NCBI GenBank assembly: GCA_020631905.1
Contig: JACKGQ010000001.1
Span: 421,854-485,853 of the forward strand
Source of the DNA: Candidatus Nomurabacteria bacterium
Lineage (GTDB): Bacteria > Patescibacteriota > Saccharimonadia > Saccharimonadales > VXPC01
Reading direction: 5' to 3'
Length of the DNA: 64,000 bases
Part shown: one piece after another, positions 34,323-42,473 of the stretch
Layout of the letters: each line of letters opens with the position of its first letter
How positions within the stretch are numbered: position 1 is the stretch's first letter
Made by a program: the position numbers and the translations under genes
The notes under the pieces: generated by a model
Seen by the model: the letters and a program-made list of their open reading frames with translations, nothing else
Database searches by the model: none
What the model was told of the DNA's origin: nothing

Positions 34323-35015
34323 ATGATTTTGTTAGACAGGGTAAGCAAGTCTTTTGGAAAGAAAAAAGGAGAGGCCTTAAAGAAGGTTACTCTACATGTT
34401 GAGCCAAAAGAGTTTGTAATTATTGTTGGGCCGAGTGGCGCCGGCAAAAGCACCTTACTCAAGCTGTTAACCCGCGAAGAGCGGCCAACTACCGGTAAAA
34501 TTGTGGTTGGCGGTATCGATTACGATAAACTTCGTGACCGAGACATCGCCAAGCTCCGGCGTAAAATCGGGGTTGTGTTTCAAGATTTTAAACTCCTCCC
34601 CAATAAAAGTGTCTTCGAAAATGTGGCTTTTGCACTGGAGATAACAGGCGCCAGCAACAAAGAAATACAATATACCGTGCCGAAAGTTTTAGACATTGTT
34701 GGGTTGAGAGGTAAAGAGCAGAGTATGCCATACGAGTTGTCTGGTGGAGAGCGCCAGCGAGTGGCAATCGCGCGGGCAATTGTGCGCCAGCCTAGAATTC
34801 TAATTGCTGACGAGCCTACGGGCAACCTAGATCCGAAGCATGCATGGGATGTAGTTAAAGTTCTGGAAAAAATCAATAAATACGGAACCACAGTAGTATT
34901 AACTACCCATAATCAACAGATTGTCGACAAACTTAAACGGCGAGTTGTAACTGTCGAAGACGGCCAGATTATTTCCGACCGAGCACATGCGAGTTACCGG
35001 GCAGGTGAAGCATGA
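34323..35015 (+). CDS. ftsE: Cell-division ABC ATPase FtsE
   Basis: GPSGAGKST, LSGGERQRVAIARA and ILIADEPTGNLD motifs. Followed by ftsX with a 4-nt overlap. Confidence 0.9.
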   Translation: MILLDRVSKSFGKKKGEALKKVTLHVEPKEFVIIVGPSGAGKSTLLKLLTREERPTTGKIVVGGIDYDKLRDRDIAKLRRKIGVVFQDFKLLPNKSVFENVAFALEITGASNKEIQYTVPKVLDIVGLRGKEQSMPYELSGGERQRVAIARAIVRQPRILIADEPTGNLDPKHAWDVVKVLEKINKYGTTVVLTTHNQQIVDKLKRRVVTVEDGQIISDRAHASYRAGEA

Positions 35016-35941
35016 TGCGAACGCTGGCCAGAATATTCACAAATGGTGTCCGCGGATTTATTCGAAATTCTTGGTTGTCGATTGCGGCAACGGCTGTGAT
35101 GGTGGTGGCAATTAGCATTATTTTGATGGCTTTGGTTCTGAACACGACTGCCAAAAATGCAATTACCGAGCTTAATAAAAATCTAAAAACTTCTATATAT
35201 CTGTTCGATAACTCACCGGTCTCGGTACGTAATCAACTGCGAGCTGAACTTACTCGCCAAGATTTTGTGTCTACGGTGGACTATATCGACAAACAGATGG
35301 CACAGCAACGTTTCAACGATATATTTAGCGAAGAAGCCGGCATTACCGAAGGTCTCGAGATTACCGGAGGTGGAATTTTTCCGGAGAGCTTCGAGGTTAG
35401 CGTCAACGACCTAAGCCGCATAAAAGAGATCGAGACTATTGCTCAAAAAGAAGAGTACAAGAGTGTCGTCGATAAGATTTCTCTCGCAAAGACCGAAGCC
35501 GAAAAAACAATCGAACGGGCGCACGCTGCTCAGAAATTTGTAGTTCGGGCAGGTGTGATATCTTCTTTGGTATTTGCAGGTGTTTCAATTCTGATCATTT
35601 TCAATACTATTAGGATGGCGATTTTTACCCGTAGCGAAGAGATTCATATTATGAAACTAATCGGGGCAACCCCGAGCTATATTCGAGGACCATTCTTGGT
35701 TGAGGCCAGTATGTACGGCGTGATCGCAGGAATAATTGCATTCTTTGGCGTATATTCACTGATAGCTTCGATTGGTAGCAAGATGGCAACCCAGCCAGAG
35801 TTCGCAGCAACTTATACATATTTTCAAGAACCCTCGACAATCATCTTCTTGTTACTCTGCGCGATAACTGGTGGCATTTTGGTTGGCGTTATTTCGTCGA
35901 TGTTAGCAATGGAAAAACACCTAAGACTGAAGAATTGGTAG
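35012..35941 (+). CDS. ftsX: Cell-division permease-like protein FtsX
   Basis: TM1, a large extracytoplasmic loop, then three C-terminal TM helices. Position is directly after ftsE. Confidence 0.88.
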   Translation: MMRTLARIFTNGVRGFIRNSWLSIAATAVMVVAISIILMALVLNTTAKNAITELNKNLKTSIYLFDNSPVSVRNQLRAELTRQDFVSTVDYIDKQMAQQRFNDIFSEEAGITEGLEITGGGIFPESFEVSVNDLSRIKEIETIAQKEEYKSVVDKISLAKTEAEKTIERAHAAQKFVVRAGVISSLVFAGVSILIIFNTIRMAIFTRSEEIHIMKLIGATPSYIRGPFLVEASMYGVIAGIIAFFGVYSLIASIGSKMATQPEFAATYTYFQEPSTIIFLLLCAITGGILVGVISSMLAMEKHLRLKNW

Positions 35942-35946
35942 AATAA

Positions 35947-37164
35947 GTGTACCCAAATAATCCCTATAATAAGTCCAACAAAGCCGGTAGAAGTATTGCG
36001 ATTGGCTCGATATTGTTAGTTTTAATAACTACTTTCTTTGTCGGTGTTCTGGTTGGTCAGAACGATTTACTAACAAGCCATAACACTAGCGAAATATCTG
36101 AAAACTCTCAGCTACCCCAAGACCTCGACTATCAGAGCGTAGAAGAAATCTACGATATCGTGCGCAAAAACTACGACGGCGAACTCAGCCAGGCTAGCTT
36201 TATGGACGAACTCAAGCAGGCGATAGCTCGAGCAACAGGCGATCCTTATACAGAGTACTTCAATGCCACTGATGCCGAAGTATTTAACCAAGAACTAGAA
36301 GGAAAATTTACTGGCATTGGTGCCGAGCTTGGTAAACGCGACGGAAACCTGATCATCGTGGCACCGCTAGCTGGTTATCCGGCCGAGGCTGCAGGCCTAA
36401 AACCACTCGATGTAATCGCCAAGATCGACGACGAAGATGCCACCGGTCTAACCGTTTACGAGGCGGTTACGAAAATTCGTGGTGAAGTCGATACAGACGT
36501 CAAACTTACAATTGTACGTAATGGTAAAGAAGTGATTGATTTTACAATTACTCGTATGCAGATCGACGCTCCAAGCGTAAGTTATGAAATCCAAGATAAT
36601 ATTGGTGTAATTAAACTAAGCCAGTTCCAGGCCGATTCGGATGAGCTCTTAGACAAAGCTGCCGAAGAATTACTGAAAGCCGGAGTTGAAGGCATCATAT
36701 TGGATCTGCGCGGTAATCCTGGCGGCTATCTAGACCAAGCTCAAAAAATACTTGGCGATTGGCTAGATTCGTCGCAAGTTGCTGTCGAAGTTCGACGTGG
36801 TGGTAAGGTCGAAGAAAAGCTATATGCGACTGGCGATAGTGTCTTTGCGAATATCCCAACTGTTGTCTTGATTAACGAAGGGAGTGCGAGTGCTAGCGAA
36901 ATCGTGGCCGGCGCACTTCAAGATTATGGTGTTGCTAAATTAGTCGGCAAACAAACTTTTGGCAAGGGCAGTGTCCAAAATATAGATCAGCTAGATAATG
37001 GCCAGTTGCTGAAGATTACGACAGGACATTGGTTTACGCCAAACGGCAGAGGTATAGATAAAGAGGGGATAGCCCCAGATGTTGAAGTCGAGCTGACAGA
37101 CAAAGATTATGATGCAGGTCGTGACCCGCAGCTAGACAAAGCTCTAGAACTTATAAAGCAGTAA
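35947..37164 (+). CDS. S41 family C-terminal processing peptidase
   Basis: N-terminal anchor, PDZ domain, DLRGNPGG, LINEGSASASEI (Ser) and GKQTFGKGSVQ (Lys) motifs. GTG start. Confidence 0.88.
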   Translation: MYPNNPYNKSNKAGRSIAIGSILLVLITTFFVGVLVGQNDLLTSHNTSEISENSQLPQDLDYQSVEEIYDIVRKNYDGELSQASFMDELKQAIARATGDPYTEYFNATDAEVFNQELEGKFTGIGAELGKRDGNLIIVAPLAGYPAEAAGLKPLDVIAKIDDEDATGLTVYEAVTKIRGEVDTDVKLTIVRNGKEVIDFTITRMQIDAPSVSYEIQDNIGVIKLSQFQADSDELLDKAAEELLKAGVEGIILDLRGNPGGYLDQAQKILGDWLDSSQVAVEVRRGGKVEEKLYATGDSVFANIPTVVLINEGSASASEIVAGALQDYGVAKLVGKQTFGKGSVQNIDQLDNGQLLKITTGHWFTPNGRGIDKEGIAPDVEVELTDKDYDAGRDPQLDKALELIKQ

Positions 37165-37565
37165 TAGTAATAATTTTTTGAAAGCTAAAGCTTCTGATTG
37201 CATGTAGCAATAAATACCATAGCCATTTTTGTGGGTAGTTTGGTATGATGTTGCGAGTTGGTATAACGCGCACGTGCTCGTGGCCAAAGTAGTGTAAAAA
37301 ATGATTTATGAACAAGCCTGAATGGCTAGAAGACAATTTTCTCTTGCTCAATGTATCGCTTCAGATACACTTCGCTCGACAGAGTTTGCTTCCATCTCAT
37401 TCATCCTAGCCCATAAAACATTCAATACACTACAATGCCCACATGTTTACCAGCGCTAAATATGGCAGAAGATGAAATAATCTTCGGTGGGTCTAACGCC
37501 CTCAAAGCCAAAAGCGCTATAACAAACACGTAAAGGCGCGTCTTTTTATTTTTTGGAGGTTATAA

Positions 37566-37829
37566 ATGAAACTGATTAACATTCGATTCTTCACTAAGAA
37601 CTCAGAACCAAGAACTCAGAACTCTCTGGCAGCAGGAGTTTGCGGTGCGTTTCCGGTAGATCTGAAAACCACGTATGAGGAGCTAGATTGGTTTTTCTTG
37701 GCGAGGAAGCTCCAAGGAGATGTAGATTGGCTACTTCGACTGAGCCCCACAGCCAAAAAAATCAAGCTAGCCCTCAAGCAAACTCAGAGTGCCGGGCTTT
37801 GCCTGGCAGCAGGAGTTTGCGGTGCGTAG
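37566..37829 (+). CDS. Possible 87-aa upstream ORF translationally coupled to pyrG (doubtful)
   Basis: GGAGG (37555-37559) lies 6 nt before the ATG. The stop TAG (37827-37829) overlaps the pyrG GTG (37822). The ORF contains both copies of the 25-bp repeat, read as LAAGVCGA each time. No family recognised. Confidence 0.3.
   Translation: MKLINIRFFTKNSEPRTQNSLAAGVCGAFPVDLKTTYEELDWFFLARKLQGDVDWLLRLSPTAKKIKLALKQTQSAGLCLAAGVCGA
37594..37625. repeat. Heptanucleotide tandem array (variant CNNAGAA unit)
   Basis: CTAAGAA CTCAGAA CCAAGAA CTCAGAA CTCT. It directly abuts direct-repeat copy 1. Confidence 0.8.
37626..37650 (+). repeat. 25-bp direct repeat, copy 1 (decoy RBS and GTG)
   Basis: CTGGCAGCAGGAGTTTGCGGTGCGT is identical to 37803-37827. 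Here the GTG (37645) opens only a 4-codon ORF (M-R-F-R-stop). Confidence 0.9.
37803..37827 (+). repeat. 25-bp direct repeat, copy 2 (carries the pyrG RBS and start)
   Basis: Identical 25-mer. AGGAG at 37811-37815, then a 6-nt spacer, then GTG at 37822. Confidence 0.9.
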
Positions 37830-39429
37830 TTCTCAGAAATACATAATTGTCACTGGCGGGGTAATATCTGGTAACGGCAAAGGCATAACCAGCGCCAGTA
37901 TTGGTGCCTGTCTAAAGGCGCGAGGAGTGAAGGTGAATATGCTGAAATTCGATATGTACCTAAACGTCGATGCGGGTACACTCAAACCAGGCAAACATGG
38001 AGAAGTCTTCGTAACCAAAGATGGTGCCGAAACTGACCTCGACCTTGGTCATTACGAACGTTTCTTAGATACCGAGATGACTCACAAAAGCTCAATTATG
38101 CAGGGGCGAATTTTAAAAGAGATAATCGACAAAGAGCGGTCTGGCGGCTTTAAAGGGGATGATGTACAAGTCTTGCCGCATGTAACTAACGCCATACAAG
38201 ATAAAATTCTCGAAGCTGCCGAAGGCTTTGATGTGCAAATGGTTGAGCTTGGTGGTACGGTTGGAGACTACGAAGGCATGGCGTTTGTCGAAGCGGTACG
38301 TCAGTTTGCCCACAGGGTCGGCCGCGAGAATATCATCTATGTCCACGTCGTTTATTTGCCTTACTTAGAAGTAAGTAACGAAATCAAAACCAAGCCTGCT
38401 CAAAATGCCGCCCGTGACTTGCGGAGTATTGGTATAAACCCAGACTTTTTGGTTGCGCGCTGTGAACACGCCCCGCAATCAAACACCATTTTTAAACTCA
38501 GTTTATTTACAGATATACCCGAAGAACGCATCGTGGTCTTGCAAAACGCCTCGACGGTTTACGAAGTGCCTCTAACGCTCGAAAAGCGAGGTATGGCCAG
38601 TGAGATAGCCCGGAAACTTGGAGTCAAACATCAACCAGATTTGTCTGCCTGGAAAACAGTGGTTAGCTCTGCCAAGAAGCAATATTCCAAGACAGTAAAA
38701 ATCGGCATGGTCGCCAAATATCTAGACAATCTCGATACCTACATGTCAGTTACCGAAGCCCTAAAAGCAGCTGCCTGGAGCGAAAAAGTTAACCTCGAAG
38801 TAATTTGGGTAAATGCCGAAGAGATCGAAAAGCTTAATCAGCGCGAGTTGGCTCTAGAGCTCATGAAATATCATGGTATTTTGGTTCCAGGAGGCTTTGG
38901 TGAGCGGGGTATCGAAGGCATGATTGCCACAGCCAACCAAGCTATCCATGCTAAAATTCCGTATTTTGGTATTTGTCTTGGCTTGCAAGTTGCCACAATC
39001 GCGTTTGCCCGCAATCAAGGTTTAGTACGAGCAAACTCTAAAGAATTCAACCCAAAAGGTGATCAGCTGGTGATTTCGACTATGCCTGGTCAAGAAGGTA
39101 AGGAAATGACTGGCGGCACGATGCGCCTAGGTAACTACCCCTGTGATTTAACCAAAGGCTCGTTAGCCGAGCAGCTATATGGCAAGCCTAAGATCGTCGA
39201 ACGGCATCGGCATCGGTTTGAATTCAACCCAGAATATAAAGACATGCTTGTAGCAGCTGGACTGAAAATAACTGGTATATGCCCAGAAAACGGACTTGCA
39301 GAAATTATTGAGCTTGGCGACCATCCATATTTTATTGGCTGTCAGTACCACCCTGAGTTTTTGTCGCGCCCAACCCGACCACATCCGCTCTTTAGTGGAC
39401 TAATCCGAGCGGCTAAGAAACGCACCTAA
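37822..39429 (+). CDS. pyrG: CTP synthase
   Basis: KYIIVTGGVISGNGKGITSAS N-terminus, GATase domain with GICLGLQ and HRHRFEFN. I prefer the GTG at 37822 because of its RBS. The ORF track starts at the GTG at 37789. Confidence 0.93.
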   Translation: MRSSQKYIIVTGGVISGNGKGITSASIGACLKARGVKVNMLKFDMYLNVDAGTLKPGKHGEVFVTKDGAETDLDLGHYERFLDTEMTHKSSIMQGRILKEIIDKERSGGFKGDDVQVLPHVTNAIQDKILEAAEGFDVQMVELGGTVGDYEGMAFVEAVRQFAHRVGRENIIYVHVVYLPYLEVSNEIKTKPAQNAARDLRSIGINPDFLVARCEHAPQSNTIFKLSLFTDIPEERIVVLQNASTVYEVPLTLEKRGMASEIARKLGVKHQPDLSAWKTVVSSAKKQYSKTVKIGMVAKYLDNLDTYMSVTEALKAAAWSEKVNLEVIWVNAEEIEKLNQRELALELMKYHGILVPGGFGERGIEGMIATANQAIHAKIPYFGICLGLQVATIAFARNQGLVRANSKEFNPKGDQLVISTMPGQEGKEMTGGTMRLGNYPCDLTKGSLAEQLYGKPKIVERHRHRFEFNPEYKDMLVAAGLKITGICPENGLAEIIELGDHPYFIGCQYHPEFLSRPTRPHPLFSGLIRAAKKRT

Positions 39430-39457
39430 ATTAAGGAATAGACCTATACTTGTCCAT

Positions 39458-39520
39458 AAACGAGAAAACCCCGAGCCCCACGAGAGGGCTCTAGGGGGCT
39501 CTCAATCGTGGTTTCGGGGT
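39458..39520 (-). terminator. Rho-independent terminator of the 60-aa minus-strand gene; sequence-related to 14080-14133
   Basis: On the minus strand, ACCCCGA...TCGGGGT is followed by TTTTCTCGTTT. An inner GAGCCC-CACGAGA-GGGCTC hairpin is present. It shares GAGAAAACCCCG...ACGAG...GGGCTCTC...TCGGGG with the other copy. Confidence 0.65.
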
Positions 39521-39528
39521 GTGGTAGA

Positions 39529-39711
39529 TCAGAAAAAGACGAGTAACACGCCGGCTAAAACGGTCACGATGATCATGATCGCAACCACCGACGTAACGAA
39601 CCAATAATCCTTACTCTTACGCGTCTGCTTGTTTTCGGAAACAAGCAAGATTGTCAGCATCAAGCCCATCAGAAGGCAAAGAATGCCAATAGTAATGTCG
39701 AAAACTTTCAA
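39529..39711 (-). CDS. Small hydrophobic protein (60 aa, 2 TM)
   Basis: TTG start with a weak AGGA RBS. Two clear TM helices and a dedicated terminator. Confidence 0.45.
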   Translation of the reverse strand: MKVFDITIGILCLLMGLMLTILLVSENKQTRKSKDYWFVTSVVAIMIIVTVLAGVLLVFF

Positions 39712-39867
39712 CTGTCCTACCTTATAAAAAGTGGTTGCTCCACTACATACGCACCATGCGCAGTAACATGATTATATAATAAAGTAATGTATGCAGCAAA
39801 GTGTATTTTGATTAATGTGCCTACGTCTAGTTATTTCTGTTTTTAATCCGATTAACGTGGTATATTA

Positions 39868-40251
39868 GTGCTTATGGATAAGCAGAAAAAAGTACTTTTT
39901 GTAGAAGATGACAATGGCCTAGCAGCCGTATATGTAACCAGGCTCGAAGCCGAAGGCTTTAATGTTCGTCGTGTCGAAAACGGCGAAGAGGCCTTAGCAG
40001 CCGCGCTCGAATACAAGCCTGACATTGTATTGCTCGATGCAATGATGCCTAAGGTAAGTGGATTCGATGTTCTCGATATTTTGCGCAACACCCCAGAAAC
40101 TGCCAATTTGCGGGTAATAATGCTTACTGCACTTAGCCAAGATAGTGATAAGCAGCGAGCCCAAGAACTGGGTGTCGACGATTACTTGGTCAAATCTCAA
40201 GTGGTTATTGCCGATGTCGTCGAACGAATCAAACACCATCTTGGCATCTAG
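39868..40251 (+). CDS. Stand-alone response-regulator receiver domain (CheY-like)
   Basis: All canonical residues are present: VEDD, LLDAMMP (phospho-Asp), MLTAL (Thr), YLVKS (Lys). The start is either GTG at 39868 or ATG at 39874. Confidence 0.88.
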   Translation: MLMDKQKKVLFVEDDNGLAAVYVTRLEAEGFNVRRVENGEEALAAALEYKPDIVLLDAMMPKVSGFDVLDILRNTPETANLRVIMLTALSQDSDKQRAQELGVDDYLVKSQVVIADVVERIKHHLGI

Positions 40252-40274
40252 ACTCAAGAATTGACTCAGGTAAC

Positions 40275-40303
40275 TTGTAATATCAGTATAAAAATGCTAT
40301 AAT
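40275..40303 (+). promoter_or_regulatory. Sigma-70-type promoter for the 118-aa membrane protein gene
   Basis: TTGTAA (40275-40280), 17-nt spacer, TATAAT (40298-40303), with a TGC extended -10. Confidence 0.6.
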
Positions 40304-40354
40304 ATCTTGGTACTGGAAAGTATCCAGTGTTCTTCGAAAAACAAGGGAACTGAG

Positions 40355-40711
40355 ATGGACGAAGCTACGATTATCACTTTGGTGTTGTTCTTGCTGGCAC
40401 TGGCTTTCATTTCCGGCTACGGCGCTGGACTGGTACTGAGCGAGACGCCGAACAAGCGTCCGAACAAGTATGTCCATGCGTTGTATGCCATGACGGTCGG
40501 ATTTGCGACCGCTGCGTTCGCGATTCGTTTCGACTACAAAAACCTTGAGATCGGCAGCTACTTGTTGCTGGTGCTTGGGTTTGGACTGATTTCAGTATGG
40601 TCTATCAAGGTCGTGGCGTTCGGTACCAACGCTTTCAAGGGTTGGGGATTGATCTGGCAGTTTGGCTATTTCGTCGTCGGCTTGCCGGCGCTGATGGTGG
40701 CGCTTGCTTAG
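40355..40711 (+). CDS. Small hydrophobic protein (118 aa, ~4 TM), G+C above the flanks
   Basis: I prefer the ATG at 40355 because the ORF-track start at 40307 lies at or upstream of the predicted transcription start. Followed by two hairpins, including a canonical terminator. Confidence 0.65.
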   Translation: MDEATIITLVLFLLALAFISGYGAGLVLSETPNKRPNKYVHALYAMTVGFATAAFAIRFDYKNLEIGSYLLLVLGFGLISVWSIKVVAFGTNAFKGWGLIWQFGYFVVGLPALMVALA

Positions 40712-40804
40712 GTGACTACTTGTTTTTGATATAGAGGGGAGCACATGGCTCCACCCAGGTTGAGGTTAGCTGGCAAGACTAGCACTTGAACCTCCCTGGG
40801 CTTT

Positions 40805-40838
40805 AGGGCTTGAGATTTCTCAAGCCCTATTATTTTTT
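40805..40838 (+). terminator. Rho-independent terminator
   Basis: AGGGCTTGAG, loop ATTT, CTCAAGCCCT, followed by TATTATTTTTT. Confidence 0.85.
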
Positions 40839-40853
40839 GCTATAACCATAACC

Positions 40854-40882
40854 TTTACAAAAACGCATAAACATGCTAATAT
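40854..40882 (+). promoter_or_regulatory. Promoter of the 499-aa orphan gene (member of a duplicated promoter module)
   Basis: TTTACA, 17-nt spacer, TAATAT, with a TGC extended -10. About 50 bp are ~85% identical to 42411-42460. Confidence 0.65.
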
Positions 40883-40911
40883 TTAAGATGTAAATATCTA
40901 AAAACAAAAAA

Positions 40912-42411
40912 ATGCATAACATCGACTCAGATCCCACCTTAACCGTTCCAAGTAGTTTGGTGGAGTTGCGTGAGCAAAGGCACAAACGAACTGCCGAAGC
41001 AGCTCTGGCTCAATTTAAATCTAAGCTTCAAGACGTGGCCGACCCATATATTGGTATTGGCTTGTTAGAAGGTACGGTTGAACGTGGTTCGACTACCGAC
41101 GAGTACACGGTATTTTCGAAAACAAAGGTCATTCTGGGCGAGCTCGGTATGGATGTCGACAGCTTTTTAGAAGGAGACGATGACAGCGCAAAGATCGAGT
41201 TACTAGGCAGCAATTTTGTGGCGAGTAAGCTCGGACCGCATGGGTTTAGCCTTAGGGTAGTCGAAAGGCCTGATTCCGGAGAGTTCAAAGCAAAGTTAGC
41301 TGCAAAAGTCGAAGGACTGCCAGTATTGACAGCCTGTAATGAGCTACTTGCCAAAGGTGACATCCGTGAAGAGCAGGTGGTCGAAGCCAAGATAACCGAT
41401 AGACTCGAGCAACTTTGGATACTCGAAGCTATGTTGGATGTGACTTTGGACAAAGAAGATAAAGACCTGCAATTAGAAGCTGCACTAGACCGGGCAATGG
41501 CCGATGGCGCCAAACTTACCATGGAAAACAAAGATGGCAGTCGTATCTATCGGCGCTGGAATAGCTTCATCGAGCTCGGAGTCTGGATTCGACCTGGTAA
41601 AACTGGCGAAGAAATAGTTGGTTTGTCGGCGCGGATGCATGACCAGGCAAATCAAGAATATCTAAATCAAAATGTATATGTAACCGTAGAGCCACTAATC
41701 GAAACTTCTGAGGCAGAGTCGTTTTTTGCCGAGTTGGAATACCGTGGACTAGAGTTAGCCGATGAAATAAAATGGGTTCTCACTAACCCGGGGCAGTCGA
41801 ATCGCTACGGAGGCCCATACACTCTGATGAGCCGCGAAGTCGCGAAATGGGTCATGGAAGGCGGGGTAGATGAATATAGATTGGCTAAAATTTTTAAATT
41901 CGATAGTGATGCCTACCTAGGCACAATAGATGCCCTAAAATCAATAAATGTAGATGTACTCGGTGAAGGCTTTGCAACACTTGTTGGGTTGATGCAAGAC
42001 TGTCTCGAGCCAACAGGACAGGGTTTACCAGCGATTCATGCCACTAATATTAGAGGCGAAATAAAAGAAGGTGCATGTGCAGATATGGCTACTTATTACC
42101 TTAGAGCAAAACTCAGAGAAACTAATATTGGACAAGACAGTAATCATGTGCCTGCTTGGCACAAATTAAATGAAGGTGTAGAAACAGTTATTACCAAAGA
42201 GCCGGCGAGTATCAATGGTATCAAGGTACCTCCAGGTGCTTTACTGAAACAACAGGCGGATGGTGGGTACTTACTCCAGCGATTAACACCTTGGGCGCTC
42301 GGGCAGTCAGAATCTCGATGGCAAGTTTTTGGTGCGGAACTCCAAAAAGCAGCCTCACTGGGTAACACATTCCATAACTTGAGCGCTATAGCAACTAGAT
42401 ACTTGGTATAA
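40912..42411 (+). CDS. Hypothetical protein (499 aa), no signal peptide
   Basis: Long ORF with its own promoter. No motif recognised. Confidence 0.75.
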   Translation: MHNIDSDPTLTVPSSLVELREQRHKRTAEAALAQFKSKLQDVADPYIGIGLLEGTVERGSTTDEYTVFSKTKVILGELGMDVDSFLEGDDDSAKIELLGSNFVASKLGPHGFSLRVVERPDSGEFKAKLAAKVEGLPVLTACNELLAKGDIREEQVVEAKITDRLEQLWILEAMLDVTLDKEDKDLQLEAALDRAMADGAKLTMENKDGSRIYRRWNSFIELGVWIRPGKTGEEIVGLSARMHDQANQEYLNQNVYVTVEPLIETSEAESFFAELEYRGLELADEIKWVLTNPGQSNRYGGPYTLMSREVAKWVMEGGVDEYRLAKIFKFDSDAYLGTIDALKSINVDVLGEGFATLVGLMQDCLEPTGQGLPAIHATNIRGEIKEGACADMATYYLRAKLRETNIGQDSNHVPAWHKLNEGVETVITKEPASINGIKVPPGALLKQQADGGYLLQRLTPWALGQSESRWQVFGAELQKAASLGNTFHNLSAIATRYLV

Positions 42412-42419
42412 ACATAAGC

Positions 42420-42448
42420 TTTACAAAATAACATAAATATGCTAGTAT
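42420..42448 (+). promoter_or_regulatory. Promoter of the 510-aa transglutaminase-like gene (second copy of the module)
   Basis: TTTACA (42420-42425), 17-nt spacer, TAGTAT (42443-42448), with a TGC extended -10. Confidence 0.6.
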
Positions 42449-42473
42449 TTATGATGTAATAAGAAAAATAAAT

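Noticed and set aside
37151-37351. 66-aa minus-strand ORF in the pyrG upstream region
   Set aside because: It has no RBS and no recognisable sequence features, and it overlaps the end of the S41 protease gene. It is more likely non-coding.
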